The translations under genes were made by a program, and so were the position numbers. Below are positions 42,256 to 54,091 of a stretch of 64,000 bases of DNA, piece by piece. The notes under the pieces were generated by a model, which saw only the letters and a program-made list of their open reading frames with translations, was not told the DNA's origin and did not search any database. Source of the stretch: Opitutales bacterium (GTDB taxonomy: Bacteria; Verrucomicrobiota; Verrucomicrobiia; Opitutales; UBA2987); assembly GCA_965226885.1 (NCBI GenBank), contig CBDDEL010000017.1, forward strand, positions 448,001 through 512,000, read 5' to 3'. Each line of letters starts with the position of its first letter. Positions within the stretch are counted from its first letter, which is position 1.

Positions 42256-44997
42256 TCATTTCAATTCGGCCAGCAGGCGGGCTAATTTCTCTCTTTTTCC
42301 CATGCTTTCTTCCAATTGTTTGCGGGCTCCATCGACAATATGAGCGGGGGCATTATTGAGAAACTTTTCATTGTGAAGCTTGTTTTCACCGATCGCCACT
42401 ACTTTTTCCAGTTTAGACAATTCCCGCTCCAGCCTGTCCCTTTCGGCGGAAATATCGAGGGCGCTGGAGAGGTCCAGATAAAGAGTCCCTAAAGAAGTGA
42501 CGGCGGCGGGCGATCCCTGCGGCCTTGATTCGGTATAAGCCAACTCCCCGGCTCCGGCCAGAATCTTGAATAGCGTGGAGTGCGATTCCACGAAATCCCG
42601 CTGTGACTGCGAAACCGTGTAAAAAAAGGTGGCATCCTTTGAATTGGCCACCCCGTATTCGGCTTTCAAGGAGCGTGCTTTCATGACGAAAGTTTGCAGG
42701 TCGAGTATTCTGGCGGCTGCTTCGGCATCAATCTTCAAACCGTCGGTCTCAATCCATTTTTTGAGCTCATTTTCATCGCCAACGCACGGATTTTCCGTGT
42801 CCTGCAGCAATACATCAGCGGCGGTCGAGTAGCCCAGGTCTTTCCAAAGCTCCTCTGTGATGTGTGGGCAAATCGGCTCCAGCAACAAAAGTACCTGCCG
42901 TAGAACCAAATCCTGGATGGCCAGGCAATTTCCACGCAATCGCTCATCCAGCAATTTGCTTTTGGAAATTTCCACATACCAATCGCAAAAATCGCCCCAG
43001 AAAAATTCATGGATCACACCGGGCAATCGCTCGATCAGATAACCATTGAAGAACGACTTAACCTGTTGGGTGACGGCCAGGAGACGGCTTATAATCCAGT
43101 GGTCGTACTCGTCGAATTTATCCCCTTTGAGCCGGGCGCAAATGGCTCCGAGGCTCGAATTATCGGCCATCGACCCTGAGATTTGGCGAAATCGGGCGGC
43201 ATTCCACAGCTTGTTGCAAAAATTCCGGCCCATCTGCACGCGTTCTTCACCGAAGAGGATATCCTGCCCAGTGGGCGCTATGTTGACGATCCCGAATCGC
43301 AAACCGTCCGCCCCGAACTTGTTGATCAAATCGAGCGGGTCCGGCGAATTGCCCAGGGTTTTGGACATTTTTCGGCCCTTTTGGTCCCGTATCAACCCGT
43401 GAATATATACGTTTCGGAACGGGATGCGCTGCCGGATCTCCTCTTCGGTCAATGTCTTTTTTTCAGGCCCGTGCAACTCCAGACCGGCCATGATCATCCG
43501 CGCCACCCAGAAAAATATGATGTCGAATCCGGTCACCAGCACCCTCGTCGGGTAAAAGTAATCAAGGTCTTCCTGCTCGCGGGGATCGGGGTCCGGCCAG
43601 CCGAAATTGGCCAAAGGCCAGAGATTGGAGGAGGCCCAGGTATCGAGGACATCTTCATCCTGCTCCCAATTTTCCGGATCGGGCGGGCCGTCCACTGAAA
43701 CATGCCAATTGGCCTCGTCGGCGCGATCCGCCCCTTTTTTGTACCAAACCGGAATGCGGTGCCCCCACCAAAGCTGGCGGCTGATGCACCAATCGTTGAT
43801 ATTGTTGAGCCAGTGCAAATAAACGTTTTCCCATCTTTTGGGATGAAATTTAATAAAACCCTTCAAAACCGCGGTCTTGGCTTCTTCCACCTTCGGGTAG
43901 CGCATGAACCACTGCTCGGAGAGGCGCGGCTCCACCGGCACATTGGCCCTTTGGGAAAATCCGACCCTGTTTTCGTAAGGCTTTTCCTCCAACAGCAAAC
44001 CCATCTCGCGCAGTTTCCTGGCAGCCAGTTTGCGGGCCGCAAAACGCTCGACTCCATCAAAGTCCGCGCCCGCATTGGCATTCAAAGTGCCGTCTGGGTT
44101 GAAGACGTCGATGGCGGGCAGCCCGTGTCGTTGCCCGATTTCAAAATCCGCTTTATCATGGGCGGGAGTCACTTTGAGGACCCCCGTGCCAAATTCGCGG
44201 TCGATATAATCATCCGCCACGATGGGGATTTTCGCCTTCGGGAAAGGCCGCCAGCAATGCAGGCCGACGAGGTCCTTGTAGCGATCATCCTCCGGGTGCA
44301 CGGCTAATGCAGTGTCGCCCATCAAGGTTTCCGGACGGGTGGTGGCGATTTCCAGAAACTCCCCCGGCTTTTCCACGATCTCGTAACGCATTTTATAAAG
44401 GATGCCATTTTGCGGCCTCACCTCCACTTCCTCATCGCTGAGGGCTGTCAGGCTGGCCGGGCACCAGTTGATCATGCGATGGCCCCGGTAAATGTAGCCA
44501 CGCTCATAAAGTTTCACAAAAGCGGTCATAACCGACCGGGCGTAACCGGGATCGAGGGTAAACGAGGTGCGGTCCCAATCGCAAGAAGCGCCTAGTTGCT
44601 TGAGCTGGTTGAGAATAATCCCCCCTTTTTCATGGCGAAACTCCCCCACCCTTTGCACGAAAGCCTCCCGCCCGAGGTCATGCCGGGATTTCCCCTCCTT
44701 CTTCAACTCCTGCTCGACCCTCGTTTGGGTGGCGATGCCCGCGTGATCGGTCCCCGGATACCACAGCGCGCCCTTCCCTTCCAGGCGCGCCCGGCGGATG
44801 AAGATATCCTGCAAGGTATTGTCCAGGATATGGCCCATGTGAAGCATTCCCGTGACATTGGGCGGAGGAATCATGATGCAGTAGGCCTCCTCCTTGTTCC
44901 CGGTGCGCCGCCCGGCAAAAGCCTTCCCCTCGAGCCAGGTTTGATACCACCTCGACTCTACCGTTTTAGGATCATAAACTTTAGAAATTTGCGTCAT
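42256..44997 (-). CDS. valS: Valine--tRNA ligase
   Basis: PPPNVTGMLHMGH, DWCISRQLWWGH, KMSKT, C-terminal coiled coil. Confidence 0.97.
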   Translation of the reverse strand: MTQISKVYDPKTVESRWYQTWLEGKAFAGRRTGNKEEAYCIMIPPPNVTGMLHMGHILDNTLQDIFIRRARLEGKGALWYPGTDHAGIATQTRVEQELKKEGKSRHDLGREAFVQRVGEFRHEKGGIILNQLKQLGASCDWDRTSFTLDPGYARSVMTAFVKLYERGYIYRGHRMINWCPASLTALSDEEVEVRPQNGILYKMRYEIVEKPGEFLEIATTRPETLMGDTALAVHPEDDRYKDLVGLHCWRPFPKAKIPIVADDYIDREFGTGVLKVTPAHDKADFEIGQRHGLPAIDVFNPDGTLNANAGADFDGVERFAARKLAARKLREMGLLLEEKPYENRVGFSQRANVPVEPRLSEQWFMRYPKVEEAKTAVLKGFIKFHPKRWENVYLHWLNNINDWCISRQLWWGHRIPVWYKKGADRADEANWHVSVDGPPDPENWEQDEDVLDTWASSNLWPLANFGWPDPDPREQEDLDYFYPTRVLVTGFDIIFFWVARMIMAGLELHGPEKKTLTEEEIRQRIPFRNVYIHGLIRDQKGRKMSKTLGNSPDPLDLINKFGADGLRFGIVNIAPTGQDILFGEERVQMGRNFCNKLWNAARFRQISGSMADNSSLGAICARLKGDKFDEYDHWIISRLLAVTQQVKSFFNGYLIERLPGVIHEFFWGDFCDWYVEISKSKLLDERLRGNCLAIQDLVLRQVLLLLEPICPHITEELWKDLGYSTAADVLLQDTENPCVGDENELKKWIETDGLKIDAEAAARILDLQTFVMKARSLKAEYGVANSKDATFFYTVSQSQRDFVESHSTLFKILAGAGELAYTESRPQGSPAAVTSLGTLYLDLSSALDISAERDRLERELSKLEKVVAIGENKLHNEKFLNNAPAHIVDGARKQLEESMGKREKLARLLAELK

Positions 44998-45403
44998 CTG
45001 CTAATATTAAAAATGATTATATATAAAGCGCCCCAGCCAAAGAGCTTGCCACCCGGAGTCAAAGCAAAAACTCCTCATTCCGAGGCGAGTCCACCCCAAC
45101 TCAGGCAACCAGCGCCACCATACCACAAAAACCAAAAACTGTCAATCGATACGTTGGCTCCGTTTGATGCGTTTGAATAAACTTCCAAAAAATCAGCAAA
45201 AACCACCAAATTGCGCCAAAATGACTCACATTACACAAATCCAGCATTCCCAAAAAATGGGCTATTAATGACTGTAATTTGATAGATACTCTTCACAACC
45301 AAAGAATTACAAACTTTCTTGCAAAAATTCAGATAAAATTTCAAAATATCCAATCATGGGCAGCCTAGACCCTCACTTCATTTTGACTAAGTAAAGAAGA
45401 TAG

Positions 45404-46205
45404 GGTAGTGTATTAAGTAGGAATGGTGGCTAATTCTTGATTATATTGATGAATGAAAAGTCTCAGACAGGTTTCATGCATACTCTTAAGCTTGGAAAAG
45501 GAGAGGGTTTTGCGTGTGAAACGACCCAGTCGTTGGCGCAGGGTATTGTTCCATCGTTCCACATGGGCCGTTTCACCGGTTTCTTTTCCCACGGATCGGT
45601 TATGAGGAAAGACTTCATCATAAGTGCTCCAAAAGTCGCTGTAGGTGGCACATCTTTTGTAGGCCCGTGGCAGACGCTCGTAAAGTTCCCGGCAACGATA
45701 CCAATCCCGAGGCCCAATGGCATAGGAGAGGATTTGACGGGTGCGTCGGCAAAGAGCGATCCAAACCCATTGGGCATCGCTCTTGCGCCCCACAAAAGAC
45801 CACAGTTCGTCCAGTTCAATGACATCATGGCGGCGGGCCGCAAGAATCGTGCTTTTGAGCGGTCGCAGCGATTGTCGTTTTTTTTAACCAACTCAAAACG
45901 GTGTTGGGACTCACCCCGAAGGCGCGCTGTAAACCGCGTAGACTGCTGCGTTCCTGATAGACTCGAAGGATCATTTCTTTTTGCTCTTCGGTGTATTTCA
46001 CTGTGGGGTTTTCGGGGCTTTGTTTACCACAATCATGGCAGCGGTAGCGCTGTTTATGGTTGGGCGTCTTGCCAAATTTAATGATATTTTCACTTCCACA
46101 GTGCCGCCAATTAATAATTTTAGTAACCATGCACTAAGAATAAACTGCCTAACGCTATTTGTACAGCTAAAAATACAAAATAACATTCTTTTTTTATACA
46201 CTACC
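45404..46205 (-). mobile_element. IS1 type A, TSD GAAGATAG; first zinc-finger Cys changed to Trp
   Basis: GGTAGTGT ends, 802 bp; InsA reads NWRHC instead of NCRHC. Confidence 0.93.
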
Positions 46206-46497
46206 GAAGATAGTATGAAAAATCTACCGATGAGAAGCCCACGGGAAAAAGTGGGCGGCATCTACCATTTTGGAAGGATGCTGGATAAAATCCGGTTGTT
46301 TGAGAATGGCGAACTACCGGAAGAATACCATCCGAATTTAGGTTTGAGTGTTGGATTAGATGGCTTTTGTTGCGGGTTTCTCGGCGTTAGTTTTAAAGAA
46401 TTGAAAGAAAAAGTATCTGAAGGCGGAGCGGATGAAGAGATACTGGAATGGGTTTATTCAAAATACAAAAGACCGAATAAAATACAGATAAAAATTT

Positions 46498-47298
46498 GGT
46501 AGTGTATAAAAAAAGAATGTTATTTTGTATTTTTAGCTGTACAAATAGCGTTAGGCAGTTTATTCTTAGTGCATGGTTACTAAAATTATTAATTGTCGGC
46601 ACTGTGGAAGTGAAAATATCATTAAATTTGGCAAGACGCCCAACCATAAACAGCGCTACCGCTGCCATGATTGTGGTAAACAAAGCCGCGAAAACCCCAC
46701 AGTGAAATACACCGAAGAGCAAAAAGAAATGATCCTTCGAGTCTATCAGGAACGCAGCAGTCTACGCGGTTTACAGCGCGCCTTCGGGGTGAGTCCCAAC
46801 ACCGTTTTGAGTTGGTTAAAAAAACGACAATCGCTGCGACCGCTCAAAAGCACGATTCTTGCGGCCCGCCGCCATGATGTCATTGAACTGGACGAACTGT
46901 GGTCTTTTGTGGGGCGCAAGAGCGATGCCCAATGGGTTTGGATCGCTCTTTGCCGACGCACCCGTCAAATCCTCTCCTATGCCATTGGGCCTCGGGATTG
47001 GTATCGTTGCCGGGAACTTTACGAGCGTCTGCCACGGGCCTACAAAAGATGTGCCACCTACAGCGACTTTTGGAGCACTTATGATGAAGTCTTTCCTCAT
47101 AACCGATCCGTGGGAAAAGAAACCGGTGAAACGGCCCATGTGGAACGATGGAACAATACCCTGCGCCAACGACTGGGTCGTTTCACACGCAAAACCCTCT
47201 CCTTTTCCAAGCTTAAGAGTATGCATGAAACCTGTCTGAGACTTTTCATTCATCAATATAATCAAGAATTAGCCACCATTCCTACTTAATACACTACC
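46498..47298 (+). mobile_element. IS1 type A with in-frame fused transposase (46573-47289), TSD AAAAATTT
   Basis: 801 bp; A7 instead of A8 at the InsA/InsB junction. Confidence 0.92.
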
Positions 47299-47387
47299 AA
47301 AAATTTGGAATGAATTCTCACGGAAATTCGGTTGGAATGACTTCGTTACCCGCGCTCTTTTCAAAGTAAAAGAAGAGGAAGGATTAG

Positions 47388-48955
47388 CCCGGATATTTCA
47401 TGAAGGGTAAAGTTTGGCTCGTTATTGCTATTGGAGATGGATTTCTTTGTATTTTGAGCAGATCGTCTTGATTTTTAGGTGTTTTTCAGGGTGTAGAGAC
47501 ACTGCCCCCTTTCCCCCATTGGTTCGGTAGTGCCGGGGGCAGCACCAATGCACCCTTTAGGTTGGCACCAATCGGCGGGCCGCATGGTTGAAAAGACTGG
47601 CCCAAGGATAACTCTCACTTAGGTGAAAGTGAATCGTTCGGGTGTTGCGCACGATGACCGCTCCGATCTTGATTAATTTGAGCCGCAGGGTGTGGCATTG
47701 GGCCCGCGCCCACTTCGTCCCTTTTAAGGCTAACCGGCGCATGGCTTCCATCAAGGTGTAGGCCAGCGCCGACAAGAGCAATCGCCACTGATTGGCCCAC
47801 CATTGATGGGCGCTGGTGCGCTCGCTGAACAATTGCATCTGTTCCTTGATTCGGTTCTCCATTTCACCGCGGCCACAGTATACCTTGTCGTAAAGCTCCT
47901 GGGGATCGCCCGGCAGGTTCGTCACCACGAAGCGCGGGTTGGACCCCTGTGCGGTGTGTTCGGCTTTATGGATGACCAACCGCAGCCATCGCCACGAATC
48001 GGCAGCATAGACGAAGTCCTGGAATAACCGTTGTTTTTTACCCCTTAGTTCGAACCATTCTTTGGCCTGCTTTTGCAACTGCTGGGCGTCTTGCTGCAAG
48101 CGTGCATTGCGAGCCATCCCCACGATGTAACTAACTTCGTTGCGGTCGCACCAAGAGAGTATCCGGTCTCGACAAAATCCACTGTCGGCGCGCCAAATAA
48201 TCCGCGTACGGGGCCAGCTTTGGCGAATCCGTTTAACCAGCAATTTGAGGATGGCCCCGGCATGCTTGCTGGCATCGATCTTGCTCGGCCGCAGGTAGGC
48301 CACCAGCAGCTGATCACCGCAAAAAACATATAGCGGCAGAAAACAGTAATGATCATAATAACCGTGGAAAAAACGTCCCTCCTGGAGCCCGTGCACCGGA
48401 TTGTCGGTGGCGTCAAAGTCCAGGATGATCTCTTCGGGTTCCTCGGCAAAGGAGCCCATGAACTGTTCGACCAACAGCTCGTTTACCGCAAAGGCCGCCC
48501 GCCGATCCTGCCCGTTTTCAAAACGACACACAGTCGGCGCGCTGGCCAACGTTTCAATGCGCCCCGTTACCGTTTGCTAACAATGGATCGTGGCGCAGGG
48601 TATCAAAGTCGTTCAAATCCTCATAGCCCGCCACCAGCCCGTAAACGCGCTGCCGCAGCATCCCCAATACCTCATGGCGTACTTTGCCCTTCTGCCGTTT
48701 GTCCACTAACTGTCGGGCCGCTCGTTCGGTCAAGCCCAACTGCCGATCCACTTCCCGGATCAAAAGCAGTCCGGCATCCGAAGTAACCTCTCCGCCCTTG
48801 AAATCAACCCGCACACGGCGGCCTTTTACCCTTGTCAACTGTAGCTTTAATTGTTTACCTTTTGTCATCGCTGATATTGCTTTAATTATTGATCTATCCT
48901 GCTGTATATCAGCAGTTAAGCATATCAACGATACTTTTTTTACGAAATATCCGGG
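47388..48955 (-). mobile_element. IS1380 copy with frameshifted transposase, TSD TTAG
   Basis: IRs intact; ORF split into 124 + 330 aa. Confidence 0.93.
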
Positions 48956-49702
48956 TTAGAGCAAAATTTGGTAGTGTATAAAAAAAGAATGTTATTTTGT
49001 ATTTTTAGCTGTACAAATAGCGCTAGGCAGTTTATTCTTATTCTTAGTGCATGGTTACTAAAATTATTAATTGTCGGCACTGTGGAAGTGAAAATATCAT
49101 TAAATTTGGCAAGACGCCCAACCATAAACAGCGCTACCGCTGCCATGATTGTGGTAAACAAAGCCGCGAAAACCCCACAGTGAAATACACCGAAGAGCAA
49201 AAAGAAATGATCCTTCGAGTCTATCAGGAACGCAGCAGTCTACGCGGTTTACAGCGCGCCTTCGGGGTGAGTCCCAACACCGTTTTGAGTTGGTTAAAAA
49301 AAACGACAATCGCTGCGACCGCTCAAAAGCACGATTCTTGCGGCCCGCCGCCATGATGTCATTGAACTGGACGAACTGTGGTCTTTTGTGGGGCGCAAGA
49401 GCGATGCCCAATGGGTTTGGATCGCTCTTTGCCGACGCACCCGTCAAATCCTCTCCTATGCCATTGGGCCTCGGGATTGGTATCGTTGCCGGGAACTTTA
49501 CGAGCGTCTGCCACGGGCCTACAAAAGAAGTGCCACCTACAGCGACTTTTGGAGCACTTATGATGAAGTCTTTCCTCATAACCGATCCGTGGGAAAAGAA
49601 ACCGGTGAAACGGCCCATGTGGAACGATGGAACAATACCCTGCGCCAACGACTGGGTCGTTTCACACGCAAAACCCTCTCCTTTTCCAAGCTTAAGAGTA
49701 TG

Positions 49703-49799
49703 GGTAGTGTATTAAGTAGGAATGGTGGCTAATTCTTGATTATATTGATGAATGAAAAGTCTCAGACAGGTTTCATGCATACTCTTAAGCTTGGAAAAG
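49703..49799 (-). mobile_element. IS1 type A right-end fragment
   Basis: Matches the terminal 97 bp of type A. Confidence 0.85.
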
Positions 49800-50553
49800 G
49801 GTAGTGTTAACATTTTGAATGTTTAAGCTGTACTTTTTAGCGTGATTATGTTGTGAACTGGGCCTGGTCCATATCACAGTAAAATGTCCTCAATGCGGAA
49901 GCGATCACATCATCAAGCACGGCAAGGATCCGAAAGGGGTTCAGAAGTATCGATGCAAGGGGTGTGGTTATCAGTTTCGGCTTCACCCCAAAAGTCGTGA
50001 GCATCCTCCGGCGCTGGTCAAGCAGGTGCTCCGTGCGCACCAAAACCGGATGAGCCTGCGTGCCATTTACCGTACCTTCGGGGTAGCCCCAAAGACGGTC
50101 ATCGAATGGATTAAAAAAAAGTCCTGAGTTTGCCGAAGCTGGAGTCCACTCTGCTTGCCCGCCAGTGTAGTGATGTGCTGGAACTGGACGAGGTGTGGTC
50201 ATTCTGGGGCGATAAGCGTTCGGGGCAGGTATGGCTATGGGTAGCCTTGTGTCGACGTACCCGACAGGTCGTCGGGTTTTCTCTGGGTGATCGTAGCGAT
50301 CAAACGTGCTGGCAGTTGTATCACAACATCGCCCAGCCCTATCGCGACTGTGCCACCGTAAGCGATTACTGGGAAAGCTACGACAAGGTTTTCCCTCACA
50401 ACAGCGCCAGCGGGAAACAATCCGGCCAAACCGCCCATATCGAACGCTGGAACAATACCTTGCGACAGTCCCTGTCACGCTATGTGCGTAAAACGCTGTC
50501 ATTCTCGAAGTCTTTGGTCATGCATTTTCGCGTCCTGTGCTTGTTCATCTGGG
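49800..50553 (+). mobile_element. IS1-family type B, 3'-truncated, InsA start codon lost
   Basis: IRL GGTAGTGTTAACAT; CPQC/CKGC zinc finger; LELDEVW; CTG where the other copy has ATG. Confidence 0.85.
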
Positions 50554-51357
50554 GGTAGTGTATTAAGTAGGAATGGTGGCTAATTCTTGATTATATTGAT
50601 GAATGAAAAGTCTCAGACAGGTTTCATGCATACTCTTAAAAGCTTGGAAAAGGAGAGGGTTTTGCGTGTGAAACGACCCAGTCGTTGGCGCAGGGTATTG
50701 TTCCATCGTTCCACATGGGCCGTTTCACCGGTTTCTTTTCCCACGGATCGGTTATGAGGAAAGACTTCATCATAAGTGCTCCAAAAGTCGCTGTAGGTGG
50801 CACATCTTTTGTAGGCCCGTGGCAGACGCTCGTAAAGTTCCCGGCAACGATACCAATCCCGAGGCCCAATGGCATAGGAGAGGATTTGACGGGTGCGTCG
50901 GCAAAGAGCGATCCAAACCCATTGGGCATCGCTCTTGCGCCCCACAAAAGACCACAGTTCGTCCAGTTCAATGACATCATGGCGGCGGGCCGCAAGAATC
51001 GTGCTTTTGAGCGGTCGCAGCGATTGTCGTTTCTTTTAACCAACTCAAAACGGTGTTGGGACTCACCCCGAAGGCGCGCTGTAAACCGCGTAGACTGCTG
51101 CGTTCCTGATAGACTCGAAGGATCATTTCTTTTTGCTCTTCGGTGTATTTCACTGTGGGGTTTTCGCGGCTTTGTTTACCACAATCATGGCAGCGGTAGC
51201 GCTGTTTATGGTTGGGCGTCTTGCCAAATTTAATGATATTTTCACTTCCACAGTGCCGACAATTAATAATTTTAGTAACCATGCACTAAGAATAAACTGC
51301 CTAACGCTATTTGTACAGCTAAAAATACAAAATAACATTCTTTTTTTATACACTACC
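50554..51357 (-). mobile_element. IS1 type A, defective (A-run broken to AAAAGAAA; 2-bp insertion near the 3' end)
   Basis: Both IRs present, 804 bp. Confidence 0.88.
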
Positions 51358-51462
51358 AGAGTATGCATGAAACCTGTCTGAGACTTTTCATTCATCTGTC
51401 TGAGACTTTTCATTCATCAATATAATCAAGAATTAGCCACCATTCCTACTTAATACACTACC

Positions 51463-53381
51463 CATCGGGGTTCAATTTGATGTGCACTGGAAAAAGTGGA
51501 CACGAGATTCTCCTAAATGGAGAATCGAAGCATGGGAAGAAGACGCTTTAGTATAGAGTTCAAAAATGAGGCAGTTCAACTGATGATACTCGATGGTCTG
51601 AGCGCCACCGAGGTATCGACCAAACTTGGGGTCAACACCAACCAATTGTATAGGTGGAAGAGGCTCTATCTGGACGATCAGCAGGGCGAAGCCACCTCAA
51701 AGCGACAGAGCAGTCCGAAGGAGATGGCGGCCGAGATAGATCGTCTTCGCAAAGAGCTGCGCCGCTCGGAGCGGATCAACCAGATACTAAAAAAAACGGT
51801 GGGCTACTTTGCCAAGGACGAACAATGAAGTACCAGTTTGTCAAAGACAACGAGGGGCGCTTCAAGATCGAGGAAATATGCTCGGCGATGGGGATTTGTC
51901 GCAGTGGCTATTACTGCTGGAGGCACCGAGCGCCCTCGGCCCGGCGGATCGAGGACGAGGGAATCAAGGGGGCGATCCTGAAGGTACACAAAGAGGCCAA
52001 GGGCCGCTATGGGCATCGGCCAATGCACCGCCATCTGAAGGATGATGAGGGCATCGATTGCGGCCGTGACCGGGCTCTGCGTCTGATGCGTGAAATGGGA
52101 ATCAAAAGCACCCAGAGTAAACGCTTTAAGCCATTAAAAACCAACAGTAACCATCCCTATGGTTACAGCCCCAATGTGCTTAAAAAGCATGGCCAGCCGA
52201 CCCATATCGACGAGGTCTGGGTGGCGGACACGACCTACCTACGGACCCTGGCCGGTTGGATGTACTTGGCCACGGTGATGGACCTGTTCAGCCGACGCCT
52301 GCTGGGCTGGAGCGTTTCCAACCACAACGACGCGAAGCTGGTTGGCAAGGCCCTCAAAGCCGCGGCCATGACCCGCGGCACACTGCGCACCGGGATTATT
52401 CATCACAGCGATCGGGGCAGCCCCTACGCCAGCGACGACTATCAGAGGCTGGTCTCTGAACTAGGCATGAAGCCGAGCATGAGCGCCCAAGGCAACTGCT
52501 ACGACAACGCGGCCATGGAATCGTTCTACGGCCGCTTCAAGACCAGCACGATTCGAGGCCGCCACTTTGCCGACGAGCGCGAACTGCGATCAACTGTCTT
52601 CGAATACGTGGAAATCTTCTACAACCGATATCGCAAACATTCCTCTCTGAGTTACCAAAGCCCAGTCCAATTCGAGGAAAATATTTGCCCCCCATGGGGG
52701 GCAACGAGAAAACAAAACCCTTTACCAAAACAAGCCGCCTGACACACTAATCAATAAACAATGAATATAAGAGAATCCCGTGTCCAACAAATCCAGTACA
52801 CGTCAATTCGGGACTGTAAGATGGTAGATAAAAAATCCCGATCCTATCGCGGTGGGCTTCAATCCAACCGGTTACTTTTTTAGCATGATGCACTCTCAGA
52901 TTGTCCACAATGAGAAAGATTTTCCGTTTGGCTCCTTTGATCAACTGGCGCAGAAATTTGATAAACAGTTCCACATTCAAGGCTCCCTTGTAAACCATGA
53001 AACGCAGCTTTCCACGGTTGGTTATAGTCGAGATCATGCTCGTGCTAAAACGACGCGCACTGCGTTTGGCAACTGGCGTTTTACCGCGCGGAGCATAACC
53101 TCTTCCCCGATGATCTTCGCTACTGATGCCGGTTTCATCTCCCCAGTGGATTTGGGCCTGTTGCGCTTTGGCTCTGGCTTCGATGGCCGGGTAAGTTTGA
53201 TCAAGCCACTTCTTAATCGCCTCAGGCTGCTGCTCATAGGCTTGTCTTCGAGGTTTTTGTGGAGTGAAACCCCAACGGCGAAGATACTCGCCCACCGTGC
53301 GGATCGGCATCTTCAAAGCAAACTGCCTTTCAATCAACTCTTGCACCGCTTGGCGCGTCCACAGGGCAAAGGGCATCTTAA
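51463..53381 (-). pseudogene. IS630-family transposase remnant, truncated at both ends and split by IS3
   Basis: FALWTR, WGDETG, IVDNLRVH, YLPSYSPEL, continuing as NPD at 51463-51477. Confidence 0.85.
51478..52805 (+). mobile_element. IS3 copy 4, TSD ATT, inside an IS630 transposase
   Basis: Same ends; 1328 bp. Confidence 0.93.
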
Positions 53382-54091
53382 GCTGGATATTTCATGAAGG
53401 GTAAAGTTTGGCTCGTGGCTCGTTATTGCTATTGGAGATGGATTTCTTTGTATTTTGAGCAGATCGTCTTGATTTTTAGGTGTTTTTCAGGGTGTAGAGA
53501 CACTGCCCCCTTTCCCCCATTGGTTCGGTAGTGCCGGGGGCAGCACCAATGCACCCTTTAGGTTGGCACCAATCGGCGGGCCGCATGGTTGAAAAGACTG
53601 GCCCAAGGATAACTCTCACTTAGGTGAAAGTGAATCGTTCGGGTGTTGCGCACGATGACCGCTCCGATCTTGATTAATTTGAGCCGCAGGGTGTGGCATT
53701 GGGCCCGCGGCCACTTCGTCCCTTTTAAGGCTAACCCGGATATTTCATGAAGGGTAAAGTTTGGCTCGTGTTTGGCTCGTTATTGCTATTGGAGATGGAT
53801 TTCTTTGTATTTTGAGCAGATCGTCTTGATTTTTAGGTGTTTTTCAGGGTGTAGAGACACTGCCCCCTTTCCCCCATTGGTTCGGTAGTGCCGGGGGCAG
53901 CACCAATGCACCCTTTAGGTTGGCACCAATCGGCGGGCCGCATGGTTGAAAAGACTGGCCCAAGGATAACTCTCACTTAGGTGAAAGTGAATCGTTCGGG
54001 TGTTGCGCACGATGACCGCTCCGATCTTGATTAATTTGAGCCGCAGGGTGTGGCATTGGGCCCGCGGCCACTTCGTCCCTTTTAAGGCTAA
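53382..54091 (-). repeat. Two tandem IS1380 right-end fragments (353 and 357 bp)
   Basis: Units start at about 53382 and at 53735; each ends at the internal site AAGGCTAA, followed by a new IR. Confidence 0.9.

Larger units (their letters stand above)
46215..48969 (+). pseudogene. DUF5069-like protein broken by IS1, IS1380 and IS1
   Basis: Segments 46215-46497, 47307-47387 and 48960-48969 join to MKNLPMRSPREKVGGIYHFGRMLDKIR...IKIWNEFSRKFGWNDF...EGLEQN. Confidence 0.75.
48970..51462 (+). mobile_element. IS1 type A interrupted by a composite insert at 49703-51357
   Basis: 5' part 48970-49702 and 3' part 51358-51462, with AGAGTATG duplicated; outer flanks do not match. Confidence 0.85.

Noticed and set aside
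44998..45403. Structured RNA or T-box upstream of valS
   Set aside because: I could not identify a T-box motif, tRNA fold or convincing stems by eye; an Rfam scan would be needed.
45981..46502. 173-aa ORF as a novel fusion protein
   Set aside because: Antisense IS1 frame running into the DUF5069 gene, whose real start is 46215.
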